Notes under the pieces: generated by a model
What the model saw: the letters and a program-made list of their open reading frames with translations, nothing else
Told to the model about the DNA's origin: nothing
Database searches by the model: none
Shown: piece by piece, positions 26,779-36,673 of the stretch
How the letters are laid out: every line of letters begins with the position of its first letter
Position numbering within the stretch: position 1 is the stretch's first letter
DNA from: Anaerovoracaceae bacterium
GTDB lineage: Bacteria; Bacillota; Clostridia; Peptostreptococcales; Anaerovoracaceae
Direction: 5' to 3'
DNA length: 64,000 bases
Assembly (NCBI GenBank): GCA_045578745.1
Contig: JAZNKW010000067.1
Span: 1,987 to 65,986, forward strand
Position numbers and translations under genes: made by a program

Positions 26779-28305
26779 ATGTCCAAGAAGAAAAAAGGCG
26801 AAGGCCTCAAGTCCTTTAATCAGGGCTTCCAGGTACCTGATACCTACATTATCATCTTCTTCGTCGTAGTACTGGCTATGCTGCTGACATTCCTGGTTCC
26901 ACAGGGATTCTACGAAACTGAAGAAGTAACTTACGTTATGAACGGTGCTGAAAAGACCAGAACCGTAATCAAGGATGGCAGCTTCCAGTTCCTGCTGGAT
27001 GAAGAAGGCAATCCGATGACCGTTGGCGCATCTCTGTTCGCTACTGACGGTTCCACCGGTTTCTTCAACTACATGTACAACGGTATTACCGCAAGTTCTG
27101 CAATCGAAATCATCGCATTCCTGATGGTTGTAGGCGGCGCATTCGGCATTCTGCTGCGTACCGGTGCCATCGAATCCGGTATCATGGGAATGATTCAGAA
27201 GACAAATGGTAAGGAAAAGCTGCTGATTCCGGTGCTGTTCGTACTGTTCGCACTGGGCGGTGCTGTTTTCGGTATGGGTGAAGAAGCTCTGCCGTTCCTG
27301 ATGATTCTGGCTCCAATCTTCGTAGCTATGGGATATGACTCTGTAACAGCAGTTCTGGTTACTTACTGTGCAACTCAGATTGGTTTCGGTACATCCTGGA
27401 TGAATCCGTTCTCCGTAGGTATCGCACAGGGTATCTCCGGTCTGGAAGTATTCTCCGGTGCTGAATTCAGAATCCCTATGTGGATCGTATTCACAGGCGT
27501 GTCCTGCGCAATGACCATGATCTATGCATCCAAGATTAAGAAGGATCCTACGAAGTCCATCGCACACGAATCTGATGAATACTTCAGAAAGCAGAACCAT
27601 GCCGCTGCAGAAAGCGACAGCATTCAGAAATTCGGTATGGGCCACATCCTGGTACTGCTGACTCTGGCAGCTACTATGGTATGGGTAATCTGGGGTGTAA
27701 TGGTTCACGGTTACTACATGGCTGAAATTGCAACCCAGTTCTTCGTAATGGGTGTTGTGGCTGGTGTAATCGGTGTCATCTTTAAGCTGAACGGTATGAA
27801 GATGAACGATATCGCATCTTCCTTCAAAAACGGTGCGGCTGACCTGATCGGTGCTGCTCTGGTTGTAGCAATGGCACAGGGTATCATGCAGGTTCTGGGC
27901 GGCTCTGATCCAACTGCTCCAACTGTACTGAACACTGTACTGTACGGTATTTCCGAAGCATTCTCCAGCCTGTCCGGCGCAGCAGCTGCAGTTCTGATGT
28001 ACCTGTTCCAGTCCGTATTCAACTTCTTCGTTGTATCCGGTTCCGGTCAGGCTGCTCTGACCATGCCGATTATGGCGCCTCTGGCAGACCTGCTGGGCGT
28101 AACCAGACAGACTGCAGTACTGGCATTCCAGCTGGGTGACGCTTTCACCAACCTGATCGTTCCGACTTCCGGATGTCTGATCGGTTCCCTGGCAATCGCA
28201 AAGATCGAATGGGCAAACTGGGTGAAGTTCTGCTGGAAGTTCCTGCTGGTTCTGGTATGTATGGCTGTTGCAACCATTCTGCTGGCAGTAGCAATCGGCT
28301 TCTAA
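26779..28305 (+). CDS. YfcC family transporter, paralog 2
   Basis: The start MSKKKKGEG follows a GGGAGG RBS. KIKKDPTKSI and GSGQAALTMPIMAPLAD are shared with paralog 1. Confidence 0.85.
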   Translation: MSKKKKGEGLKSFNQGFQVPDTYIIIFFVVVLAMLLTFLVPQGFYETEEVTYVMNGAEKTRTVIKDGSFQFLLDEEGNPMTVGASLFATDGSTGFFNYMYNGITASSAIEIIAFLMVVGGAFGILLRTGAIESGIMGMIQKTNGKEKLLIPVLFVLFALGGAVFGMGEEALPFLMILAPIFVAMGYDSVTAVLVTYCATQIGFGTSWMNPFSVGIAQGISGLEVFSGAEFRIPMWIVFTGVSCAMTMIYASKIKKDPTKSIAHESDEYFRKQNHAAAESDSIQKFGMGHILVLLTLAATMVWVIWGVMVHGYYMAEIATQFFVMGVVAGVIGVIFKLNGMKMNDIASSFKNGAADLIGAALVVAMAQGIMQVLGGSDPTAPTVLNTVLYGISEAFSSLSGAAAAVLMYLFQSVFNFFVVSGSGQAALTMPIMAPLADLLGVTRQTAVLAFQLGDAFTNLIVPTSGCLIGSLAIAKIEWANWVKFCWKFLLVLVCMAVATILLAVAIGF

Positions 28306-28330
28306 GCACAACATCGAGATAATAAAAAGA

Positions 28331-28369
28331 CCGAAAGTTCCGTTTATGCGGAACCTTCGGTTTTTTTTT
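28331..28369. terminator. Rho-independent terminator (bidirectional context)
   Basis: A CCGAAAGTTCCG/CGGAACCTTCGG stem followed by T9. Confidence 0.8.
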
Positions 28370-28380
28370 ACCTTTTTAAA

Positions 28381-29082
28381 TTAAACTTCAAATATTTTCT
28401 TATCTTCCAGACGCAGTGCAAAGAGCTTGCCTCCGAATACACATCCTCCGTCAATGCAGAGTATACCATTCTTCTCAAACACTTCACACCGTTCATCTTC
28501 ATAAAAACTCATCACCGGTGTATGTCCAATCACCACAGTCACACCCTCTTTGAAGTACCGCTGACTGTAATCCGGCGGATAAAATACAAAATCACTGAAA
28601 TCATAATCTTCCAGCGGACGGCCTGGCTTGAAACCGTCAATACCGGCGTGAACCAGCACGTAGATTTCATCCCCTGCTTCCACAATCTCATAAGCAGAGA
28701 ACTCTTCCAGATACTCCAGCACGGCCTCTTTCGTATCACTGTCCAGTTTTCGGAACGCAGATGCCGTAGTTCCGCCACCGTTTTCCATCCAGTTCATATA
28801 GCCCCGCATCATACAGTAGTTCAGGTGTTTTTCTGCATTTTCTTCTGTAATTTCCACATTAAGCTGCTTCAGTGTTTCCAGAGCCATATACTCGTGATTA
28901 CCCAGAATCGGAATCACATTTGGCCGCATCATCATGTCCAGCAGCACTTTCATAGGCTCCGGTCCCCGGTCCACAGTATCCCCCAATACATAGAGCACAT
29001 CCTCATCGCTGAATTCAATCTGCTCCAGCAGATTCTTATATTCCTCATAACACCCGTGTATATCGCTGATTACATAATGCAT
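28381..29082 (-). CDS. Metallophosphoesterase (PPP-family Ser/Thr phosphatase / diadenosine tetraphosphatase-like)
   Basis: The motifs are SDIHGC, GDTVDRGP and GNHEY. I chose the ATG at 29082, which follows a GGGAGG RBS. Confidence 0.85.
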   Translation of the reverse strand: MHYVISDIHGCYEEYKNLLEQIEFSDEDVLYVLGDTVDRGPEPMKVLLDMMMRPNVIPILGNHEYMALETLKQLNVEITEENAEKHLNYCMMRGYMNWMENGGGTTASAFRKLDSDTKEAVLEYLEEFSAYEIVEAGDEIYVLVHAGIDGFKPGRPLEDYDFSDFVFYPPDYSQRYFKEGVTVVIGHTPVMSFYEDERCEVFEKNGILCIDGGCVFGGKLFALRLEDKKIFEV

Positions 29083-29114
29083 CCTTTTACCTCCCCTTTT
29101 CTGCAAAACAGACA

Positions 29115-29142
29115 GAAAAACCCGCAGAACATGTTCTGCGGG
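29115..29142 (-). terminator. Terminator after rpoZ
   Basis: A CCCGCAGAAC/GTTCTGCGGG perfect palindromic stem, with UUUUUC on the minus strand. Confidence 0.75.
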
Positions 29143-29162
29143 TATTCGTCTTACTCAATTGA

Positions 29163-29357
29163 TTAAGCTTCTCTTGTGTAAGTAATCAGGTCTTCAGCAA
29201 TTTCGTTAGCTGCGATGGAAACCGGCTTGTCGATTTCTACGTCAGTCAGGATTGGCTTGCCGTCGATGATGTCTCTGGCTCTCTTTGCTGCCAGAATTAC
29301 GATTGTATATCTGCTGTCTGCTTTCTTTCTCATTTCATTAACTGATGGATATAACAT
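29163..29357 (-). CDS. rpoZ: DNA-directed RNA polymerase subunit omega
   Basis: 64-aa ORF. SRYTIVILAAKRARDI is the omega signature. Its start overlaps the gmk stop (TAATG). Confidence 0.9.
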   Translation of the reverse strand: MLYPSVNEMRKKADSRYTIVILAAKRARDIIDGKPILTDVEIDKPVSIAANEIAEDLITYTREA

Positions 29358-29989
29358 TATGCTTCCTCCTTATATCTGGAAATCAATTCCTCTGCTGTGA
29401 ATGTCACTCTGGAATGTTCTGCAGTCAGAATGGACTTCACTCTGCTTACTGCTTCGTCCAACTGGCCATTCACCACGCAATAGTCGTATTTATCAATGTA
29501 GGAGAGTTCCTTCAGAGTTTCTCCCAGACGCATTTCAATAGCATTGGCAGTTTCCGTTCCACGGCCGGTAAGTCTCTTTCTCAGCTCGGACATGGACGGC
29601 GGAAGAATGAAGATGAACACACCGTCAGGATAATTTTCCTTAACCTTCAGTGCACCCTGCATGTCAATTTCCAGGATTACATCGATTCCGGCTGCCAGCT
29701 TTTCAAGAACCGGCTTCTTCGGCGTCCCATAGTAATTGCCGTATACTTCCGCATGTTCCAGAAGCTCGCCTGCCTCTATTCTTCGCAGAAATTCTTCTTT
29801 CGATACGTAATAGTAGCTTACGCCTTCGGTTTCGCCAACTCTCGGGCTTCTCGTTGTCATGGAAACGGACAGCTGTACATCGTCCCGGCTCGTCTGAGCC
29901 AGCAGTTCTTTACAGATGGTTCCTTTACCTGCACCGGACGGTCCGGACAGAACGAACAGTTTTCCTGCATGGTTCTCTAGTAGATTCAT
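29357..29989 (-). CDS. gmk: Guanylate kinase
   Basis: LSGPSGAGKGT is the P-loop. TTRSPRVGE and GVSYYYVS are also present. Confidence 0.95.
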   Translation of the reverse strand: MNLLENHAGKLFVLSGPSGAGKGTICKELLAQTSRDDVQLSVSMTTRSPRVGETEGVSYYYVSKEEFLRRIEAGELLEHAEVYGNYYGTPKKPVLEKLAAGIDVILEIDMQGALKVKENYPDGVFIFILPPSMSELRKRLTGRGTETANAIEMRLGETLKELSYIDKYDYCVVNGQLDEAVSRVKSILTAEHSRVTFTAEELISRYKEEA

Positions 29990-30069
29990 TCTAAACTCCT
30001 GTTGCTATCTAAAGTCATACTAACTTGAATATACATTATATCACAAAAAATCCTGCTGTGCAAGCTATC

Positions 30070-30954
30070 TTATTCGATATTCTGCACCTGTTCACGGATT
30101 TTCTCAATTTCGCTCTTAATATCCAGCATATGTCCGGTGATAGTGATATCGTTGGACTTGGATCCGATGGTGTTGGCTTCACGGTTCATTTCCTGTACCA
30201 GGAAGTCCAGTTTCTTACCTACAGGCTGCTTCGCTGTGGTAATAATATCCTTCAGCTGAATCAAGTGGCTGTTCAGACGGGTGATTTCTTCATCAATGGC
30301 ACACTTATCCGCAAAGATTGCCGCTTCCACCAGGATACGGTCTTCCGGAATCTGTACATTGCCGCCCAGCAGTTCTGTGATTCTTTCTCTCAGCTTTTCA
30401 GTATGTGCTGCTGCAACCTGCGGCGCACGCTCTGCAATCTGATCCAGAATGGACTTGATGTTAGCACCCTTGGAAATCAGGTCTTCTGCCAGCTTATCCC
30501 CTTCCACTGCTCTCATGGATTCCAGATTCTTGGCAGCTTCCGCTACAGGAATCAGGATTGCCTTTGTAATTTCTTCTTCATCTTCCACGTCAGGAATCGC
30601 CTTCATTACATCCGGCAGAGTAGCCAGGAACTGGAGAGTGATTTCTCCATCCACACCAAAGGTTTCCTTCAGTTCCTTCAGATTGTCCACATACTGCTTG
30701 GCCAGCATGCTGTTCAGTTTGATGTTAACATCGTTTTCCGTGATGTTTTCCACGATAATGGACACATCAATCTTACCGCGGGACAGAGTCTCCTTAATAG
30801 TGTTCTTAATCTTATCTTCAGCGAAGCCATATCGTCTCGGCATCTTCACTGTGATATCAGAGTAGCGGTGGTTTACAGACTTTATTTCTACAATAATTGT
30901 CCGCTTGCCATCTGTGTATTCGCCTCTTCCGAAGCCAGTCATGCTTTTTATCAT
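30070..30954 (-). CDS. yicC: YicC family protein (stress-induced endoribonuclease family)
   Basis: MIKSMTGFGRGE N-terminus and C-terminal NREANTIGSKS and EKIREQVQNIE motifs. The yicC-gmk-rpoZ order is conserved. Confidence 0.9.
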   Translation of the reverse strand: MIKSMTGFGRGEYTDGKRTIIVEIKSVNHRYSDITVKMPRRYGFAEDKIKNTIKETLSRGKIDVSIIVENITENDVNIKLNSMLAKQYVDNLKELKETFGVDGEITLQFLATLPDVMKAIPDVEDEEEITKAILIPVAEAAKNLESMRAVEGDKLAEDLISKGANIKSILDQIAERAPQVAAAHTEKLRERITELLGGNVQIPEDRILVEAAIFADKCAIDEEITRLNSHLIQLKDIITTAKQPVGKKLDFLVQEMNREANTIGSKSNDITITGHMLDIKSEIEKIREQVQNIE

Positions 30955-31100
30955 ACCGTTTTTTCCTTTCTTTCATCGAGCTTTTGCGTATGATTCCAAT
31001 TTACATTTTACATGAAAATACAGGAAATAGCAAGCAAAAGGGGTACAATTTATACCCCGCCTGTGATATAATTCCAGTATCATTCAGGAGGTAATACATC

Positions 31101-32291
31101 ATGGTAAACAAGACAATGCAGCAGCTGGGCAGCTCCCCTTCCGTCATCCGTGAACTCTTTGCATACGGACTTCAGCAGGCGAAGCTCATTGGCCCGGAAA
31201 ATGTTTTCGATTATACACTGGGAAATCCAAGTATCCCTGCACCGGAAGCGGTGAATCAGGCAATCAGAGACATTTTGACAGATACACCATCCATCGCAGT
31301 CCACGGATATTCCATGGCCGGAGGTTTTGAAGGAACCAGAGCGGCAATCGCAGACAATCTGAACCGCCGTTTCGGTACCGATATCAAGGCTGGAAATCTC
31401 TTCATTACCTGCGGTGCAGCCCCTGCCCTTATCTCCGTTATCAAAGCATTGGCTGCGGATGAAGAAAGCGAAATCATGGCAGTAGCACCGTACTTCCCGG
31501 AATACAGACCTTTTGTGGAAAAGAACGGCGCCAGATTCACTGTAATCCCTGCTGACCGCCAGCATTTCCAGATTAACCTGGCAGAGGTGGAAGCACGCAT
31601 CAATGCTCACACACAGGGCATTATCATCAACTCCCCGAACAATCCATCCGGCGTGGTATACACAGAAGAAACCCTGCAGAAGCTTGCAGACATTCTCCGC
31701 AAAAAAGGCGAAGAGTACGGCCATCCGATTTATATTATCGCTGACGAACCTTACCGTGAACTGGTATACGGCGGCGTGAAGGTGCCTTTCATTCCGTCCA
31801 TCTACGAAAATACCATCGTATGCTATTCCTGGTCCAAAAGCCTGTCTCTGCCGGGAGAACGTATTGGCTACGTACTGGTACCGGACAGCTGTGCAGATGC
31901 GGCAGACGTATTTTTTGCTGTAGCAGGCGCATCCCGTGCACTGGGCCATGTCTGCGCACCAACCCTTATGCAGAAAGTCATCGAACGCTGCGTCAACGAA
32001 ATGCCGGATCTGGCAGCCTACGACGAAAACCGCAGCCTGCTCTACGATGCTTTGACCGGTATGGGCTACCGCTGTGCAAAGCCGGACGGTGCATTCTATC
32101 TCTTTGTGGAAGCACCAAACGGCGACGGACGCGCTTTCTCTCAGAAGGCAAAGCTGGAACATAACCTGCTGGTTGTACCGGGAGAAGAATTCGAATGTCC
32201 GGGCTTTATGCGCCTCTCCTACTGCGTATCCAACGATATGATCAGAAGAAGCCTGCCTGCATTTGAGGCTATGATTAACAGTTATAAATAA
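31101..32291 (+). CDS. PLP-dependent aminotransferase, class I (aspartate/aromatic aminotransferase-like)
   Basis: The motifs are LGNPS, NSPNNPSG and YSWSKSLSLPGERIGY (PLP-binding Lys). Confidence 0.9.
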   Translation: MVNKTMQQLGSSPSVIRELFAYGLQQAKLIGPENVFDYTLGNPSIPAPEAVNQAIRDILTDTPSIAVHGYSMAGGFEGTRAAIADNLNRRFGTDIKAGNLFITCGAAPALISVIKALAADEESEIMAVAPYFPEYRPFVEKNGARFTVIPADRQHFQINLAEVEARINAHTQGIIINSPNNPSGVVYTEETLQKLADILRKKGEEYGHPIYIIADEPYRELVYGGVKVPFIPSIYENTIVCYSWSKSLSLPGERIGYVLVPDSCADAADVFFAVAGASRALGHVCAPTLMQKVIERCVNEMPDLAAYDENRSLLYDALTGMGYRCAKPDGAFYLFVEAPNGDGRAFSQKAKLEHNLLVVPGEEFECPGFMRLSYCVSNDMIRRSLPAFEAMINSYK

Positions 32292-32303
32292 TTTCAGACA
32301 CAG

Positions 32304-32333
32304 AAAAAGGCGGCTGATTACAGCCGCCTTTAT
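32304..32333. terminator. Bidirectional terminator between the aminotransferase and asparaginase genes
   Basis: AAAAA-GGCGGCTG...CAGCCGCC-TTTATT. Confidence 0.8.
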
Positions 32334-32336
32334 TAT

Positions 32337-33350
32337 TTACATTTCTTCTTTAAAATGCAGAGTCAGGTCGTAGTTCACCGGTGTATAGAAAGCCTCCTTA
32401 CGGTCTTCTATTTCGATATGCTGGCTGGCCAGAATCCACATAGCCTTGGAAACTGCCGCTTCCAGAGTCATATCATAAGTTTCCAGCAGCTGCAGATCCT
32501 GCTTCACTTTCTTACCTACCTGATATACCATCATATCGCTGCCTTCATGAACAACCTGGGTTGCTACCACAACCATCTTATTCGGGTGAATTGCCATCAG
32601 TTCTTCCAGTTTATCCAGCAGGTACTGCGGGATACCGCCTACACCGAAGCTTTCGAAAATCACACCGTCTGCATTCTCGAAAATCCAGGTCAGAATTTCC
32701 GCATCCAGTCCCGGTGTAAACTTCAGAACATAAACACGGCTGCCCATGTCGTGGTAGAAGCGGACACGCCATCTTGGATTTTCAGATGGTATGTAACGGA
32801 TCAGATGACCGTCCTGAATGATAGCCAGGTTCGGATAGTTGATGCTGCTGAAAGCATTATAGCTCTTTGCACGTTCTTTTTTCGCACGGGTTCCGGCGAT
32901 AACCTTGCCGTCGAACACCAGAACCACACCGTGGGAGTCATCGTCGGATGCATAGAGCAGGCTGTCGTACAGGTTTCTTCTGGCATCGGTGTTCGTATCA
33001 TTAATCGGCTTCTGTGCTCCGGTTACTACGATAGGCTTGGCAGAGTTCTGAATCATATAGGACAGAGCTGCAGTCGTATATGCCAGAGTGTCGGTACCGT
33101 GGCAGACAACGAAACCGTCGTAATAGTCATATTTTGCTTCGATGGTCCGGCTGATCATGGACCAGTGCTCCGGTGTGATATTGGTACTGTCCAGATTACA
33201 GATCTGCACTGCATCCACCTCACAGAACTTCTGGGATTCCGGGATGTAGGAAATCAGTTCTTCTGAGGTAAAGGATGGTGCCAGACCATGTTCTGTCTGC
33301 TTGCAGGCGATGGTGCCGCCTGTACCGATGAGCAAAATCTTCTTTTTCAT
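32337..33350 (-). CDS. ansA: Type I L-asparaginase
   Basis: LIGTGGTIAC contains the catalytic Thr. HGTDTLAYT is the second motif. 337 aa. Confidence 0.9.
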   Translation of the reverse strand: MKKKILLIGTGGTIACKQTEHGLAPSFTSEELISYIPESQKFCEVDAVQICNLDSTNITPEHWSMISRTIEAKYDYYDGFVVCHGTDTLAYTTAALSYMIQNSAKPIVVTGAQKPINDTNTDARRNLYDSLLYASDDDSHGVVLVFDGKVIAGTRAKKERAKSYNAFSSINYPNLAIIQDGHLIRYIPSENPRWRVRFYHDMGSRVYVLKFTPGLDAEILTWIFENADGVIFESFGVGGIPQYLLDKLEELMAIHPNKMVVVATQVVHEGSDMMVYQVGKKVKQDLQLLETYDMTLEAAVSKAMWILASQHIEIEDRKEAFYTPVNYDLTLHFKEEM

Positions 33351-33359
33351 ACGTTTCTC

Positions 33360-34775
33360 CTATTCCATATCCTTCAGGAATGCTTTATATCCTCTTACTG
33401 CTTCGTAAACGTCGGCCTTGCTTGCCACTTCCATTGGTGCATGCATGCACAGCAGTGCTACGCCGCTGTCAATTACTTCCATGCCGTAGCGGGCTGTAAT
33501 CCAGGCGATGGTGCCGCCGCCGCCCACATCGACCTTGCCCAGTTCCGCAGTCTGGAATGCGACACCGTTATCCGCAAAGATTTTGCGGATGGCTGCCATG
33601 AATTCCGGATTGGCATCGCTGGAACCGCTCTTGCCGCGTGCACCGGTAAACTTGCAGAATACCAGGCCTTTGCCGAAGAATGCGGTGTTCTTCTTTTCGT
33701 ATACTTCAGGGAACAGCGGATCATATGCTGCACTTACATCGGAGGACAGCATCTTGGAATTCTGCAGGCAGCGTCTTACCGCCAGATTGGATTCCAGTCC
33801 GCAGAGAGCCAGAACTTCTGCCGTCATGTTTTCAAAGAACATGCTCTGCATGCCGCTGGCACCGTAGCTGCCGATTTCTTCCTTATCCACCAGCAGGCAG
33901 CAGGAAGTCTTCTTCGGAGTTTCCTTCTGATCCAGAATTGCCTTCAGAGAAGTGAATGCACAGATTCTGTCGTCATGACCGTATGCCAGAATCATGCTGC
34001 GGTCAAGGCCCAGTTCTCTGGCCTTACCGGATGGTACGATTTCCAGTTCAGCAGACAGGAAATCTTCCTCTTCCATGCCGTATTTATCTTCCAGCAGCTT
34101 GAGAATTGCAGCCTTCACGCCTTCATTCTTTTCTGCTTCCTCACCGTCTTCGCCCTCTTCTCTGGTAATCAGTGGCTTGCTTCCGATGAGCAGATCCAGC
34201 TTTTCCCCTTCGATTACCACGCTGGCCTTCTTATCCATCTGTGCAGCACCCAGGTGCGGCAGAACGTCGGTAATGGTGAATACAGGATCAGTGTCACACT
34301 CACCGATATTTACATCGATGACAGTTCCATCCTTCTTCACTACTACGCCGTGCAGCGCCAGAGGAATAGTCACCCACTGGTACTTCTTGATACCGCCGTA
34401 GTAATGGGTATCCAGATATGCAAATCCATCAGTGTCATAGAGCGGATTCTGCTTTACGTCGATTCTTGGGGAGTCGATATGAGCTCCCAGAATGTTCATG
34501 CCCTTTTCTAAAGATTCCTCACCGATGTGGTACAGGATAATCAGTTTTTCGTTATATACAGCATACACCTTGTCTCCGGCTTCCAGTCTCGCACCATCTG
34601 CTATGGCGCCCTTCAGGTCCATGTAACCAGCAGCCTCTGCCATCTTAATGGACTGACGCACACATTCGCGTTCGGTCTTTCCTGCATCCAGGCAATCCAT
34701 GTACCAGCGGCAGGTTTCCTCCATCTGCTGCAGATCCCCTGCGGTGTAAGTTTCCCATAATGTCTTTTCATTCAT
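33360..34775 (-). CDS. M18 family aminopeptidase (aminopeptidase 1 / aspartyl aminopeptidase-like)
   Basis: 471-aa ORF. AHIDSPRIDVK, DKEEIGS and MHAPMEV are M18 hallmarks. Confidence 0.85.
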   Translation of the reverse strand: MNEKTLWETYTAGDLQQMEETCRWYMDCLDAGKTERECVRQSIKMAEAAGYMDLKGAIADGARLEAGDKVYAVYNEKLIILYHIGEESLEKGMNILGAHIDSPRIDVKQNPLYDTDGFAYLDTHYYGGIKKYQWVTIPLALHGVVVKKDGTVIDVNIGECDTDPVFTITDVLPHLGAAQMDKKASVVIEGEKLDLLIGSKPLITREEGEDGEEAEKNEGVKAAILKLLEDKYGMEEEDFLSAELEIVPSGKARELGLDRSMILAYGHDDRICAFTSLKAILDQKETPKKTSCCLLVDKEEIGSYGASGMQSMFFENMTAEVLALCGLESNLAVRRCLQNSKMLSSDVSAAYDPLFPEVYEKKNTAFFGKGLVFCKFTGARGKSGSSDANPEFMAAIRKIFADNGVAFQTAELGKVDVGGGGTIAWITARYGMEVIDSGVALLCMHAPMEVASKADVYEAVRGYKAFLKDME

Positions 34776-34926
34776 AATCTATGTAGTTCCTTTCGTCAAT
34801 GAATTACAATCTTACTGAATATTCTACCACAAAACTGCGCCTTGACAACAGATTTTTCCGCTCTTGCCCTCCCCTGCTGTCTGTGGTAAAATAAAGTGTT
34901 ATATCATCCGAAGGGAGATTTTATAT

Positions 34927-36621
34927 ATGGCATATGATGGACTCGTTACCTGGGCCATGGTCCGGGAACTGCAGGATACAATTTTATTAGGTAAAATCGA
35001 AAAAGTTTACCAGCCGGAAGCAGATGAACTTGTTTTCCACATTCACAGCAAACGTGGTAATTTCAAGCTTTATGCTTCATGTAATCCGGGACATGCCCGG
35101 GTTCACTTCCTCAGCGAAAACCCTGTGAATCCGCCGGCACCCCTGTCCTTCTGCATGCTGCTGCGTAAGCACCTGTCCGGTGCCCGCATCATCGACATTC
35201 AGCAGAAAGACTCTGAACGAATTATTGAAATCAGTGTGGAAACTATGAATGAACTGGGTTTCTCCGTATCGAAAAAAATCATTTTCGAAATCATGGGCAA
35301 GCACTCCAATATCATCCTCACCGATATCGCCACCGGTAAAATCATCGACTCCATCAAAAGAGTCAGCATTGATGTGAACCGTGTGCGGCAGATTTTGCCG
35401 GGTATGATTTATCAGTACCCGCCGGCACAGGATAAGGTTCCATTCCACGAAATCACCGATGAGCAGCTGGAGGATCTGGCTTCTGACGGCCGTACCATTC
35501 TGAAGGCAGTTGGCGGTATCGCACCTGCCTTTGCGGAAGAGCTGGCATCCCATGAAGGCCCTGCCCGCTCCGCGTACTTTAACTTCGCAAAATCCGCCGT
35601 GTCAGACCTGACCGCACAGCCACGGGTCTACATGGACGATAACGGCACACCGCAGGACTTCTACATCCTGCCGCTGACCGAATACGAAGAAGCCTGCCAG
35701 GTGCAGCAGTTTGAGACACTGAGCAAGGCACTGGAGTATTATTTTGATAAGAAAACCACTTCCAACCGCGGACGTCAGAAGTCCAGCGATCTGATTAAGT
35801 CAGTTAACGGAAGTCTGGATAAGATGTACCTGAAGAAGCAGAGACTGTCCGAGGACATTCTGAAGGCAGAAAACTCTGAAGACCTGCGTCTTTACGGGGA
35901 GCTGCTGACAGCCAACCTGCACCTGGTAAAGCCGGGCATGAAGCAGGTGGAAGTACTGAACTATTACGACGGTTCCATGGTGACCATTCCTCTGGATGTG
36001 AAACAGACGGCCGCCAAGAACGCCCAGCACTACTTCAAGAAGTACGGCAAGTCTAAGACAGCCATTAAGGAAAAGCAGGTCCAGCTGGAAGAAAACGATG
36101 CAGAAATCAAATACCTGGAATCGGTGCTCACCTATCTGGAAAATACTGATGACGTAAACGAAATCGAATCCCTGCGCCAGGAGCTGGTGGAAACCGGCTA
36201 TGTGCGCCGCCGCAAGCAGGTGGGCGGCTTCCGTGAAAAGAAGTATAAACCGCAGCCTTATAAGTACACCCTTTCCAGCGGTCTGACCGTACTGGTGGGC
36301 AGAAACAATAAGGAAAATGACTTCCTGACTCTGAAGACTGCAGGTAATAAGGATATGTGGATGCATACCAAGGACATTCCTGGTTCTCACCTGATCGTCC
36401 AGAACGGAGGCATGGAACTGTCTGAAGAGGATATCTTCGAAGCAGCAGCCATTGCAGCTTACCACAGCAAGGGCCGTACATCCGAAAACGTACCGGTGGA
36501 CTACGTGCCTGCCCGCTATGTGAAAAAGCCTGCCGGTGCGAAACCAGGCATGGTAATTTTCACTAATAACCGTACCGTCTGGGTCAACCCGGGCCTGCCG
36601 GAAACTGCAAAAGATAAATAA
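34927..36621 (+). CDS. rqcH: Ribosome quality control protein RqcH (NFACT / FbpA family)
   Basis: The start MAYDGLVTWAMVRELQ follows a GAAGGGAG RBS. The NFACT-N domain, a coiled-coil middle region and the NFACT-R motif (WMHTKDIPGSHLIV) are present. Confidence 0.85.
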   Translation: MAYDGLVTWAMVRELQDTILLGKIEKVYQPEADELVFHIHSKRGNFKLYASCNPGHARVHFLSENPVNPPAPLSFCMLLRKHLSGARIIDIQQKDSERIIEISVETMNELGFSVSKKIIFEIMGKHSNIILTDIATGKIIDSIKRVSIDVNRVRQILPGMIYQYPPAQDKVPFHEITDEQLEDLASDGRTILKAVGGIAPAFAEELASHEGPARSAYFNFAKSAVSDLTAQPRVYMDDNGTPQDFYILPLTEYEEACQVQQFETLSKALEYYFDKKTTSNRGRQKSSDLIKSVNGSLDKMYLKKQRLSEDILKAENSEDLRLYGELLTANLHLVKPGMKQVEVLNYYDGSMVTIPLDVKQTAAKNAQHYFKKYGKSKTAIKEKQVQLEENDAEIKYLESVLTYLENTDDVNEIESLRQELVETGYVRRRKQVGGFREKKYKPQPYKYTLSSGLTVLVGRNNKENDFLTLKTAGNKDMWMHTKDIPGSHLIVQNGGMELSEEDIFEAAAIAAYHSKGRTSENVPVDYVPARYVKKPAGAKPGMVIFTNNRTVWVNPGLPETAKDK

Positions 36622-36626
36622 AAATA

Positions 36627-36657
36627 AGAGAGTGCCGAGGCACTCTCTGTTTTTTTA
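36627..36657. terminator. Bidirectional terminator between rqcH and the NCS2 permease gene
   Basis: An AGAGAGTGCC/GGCACTCTCT stem followed by G-TTTTTTT. Confidence 0.8.
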
Positions 36658-36673
36658 TTACGATGTAATTGTT

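Noticed and set aside
29121-29142. GAACATGTTC inside CCCGCAGAACATGTTCTGCGGG as a second LexA box.
   Set aside because: The spacing is GAAC-N2-GTTC, not N4. The palindrome is the stem of the rpoZ terminator, which is followed by a U-tract.
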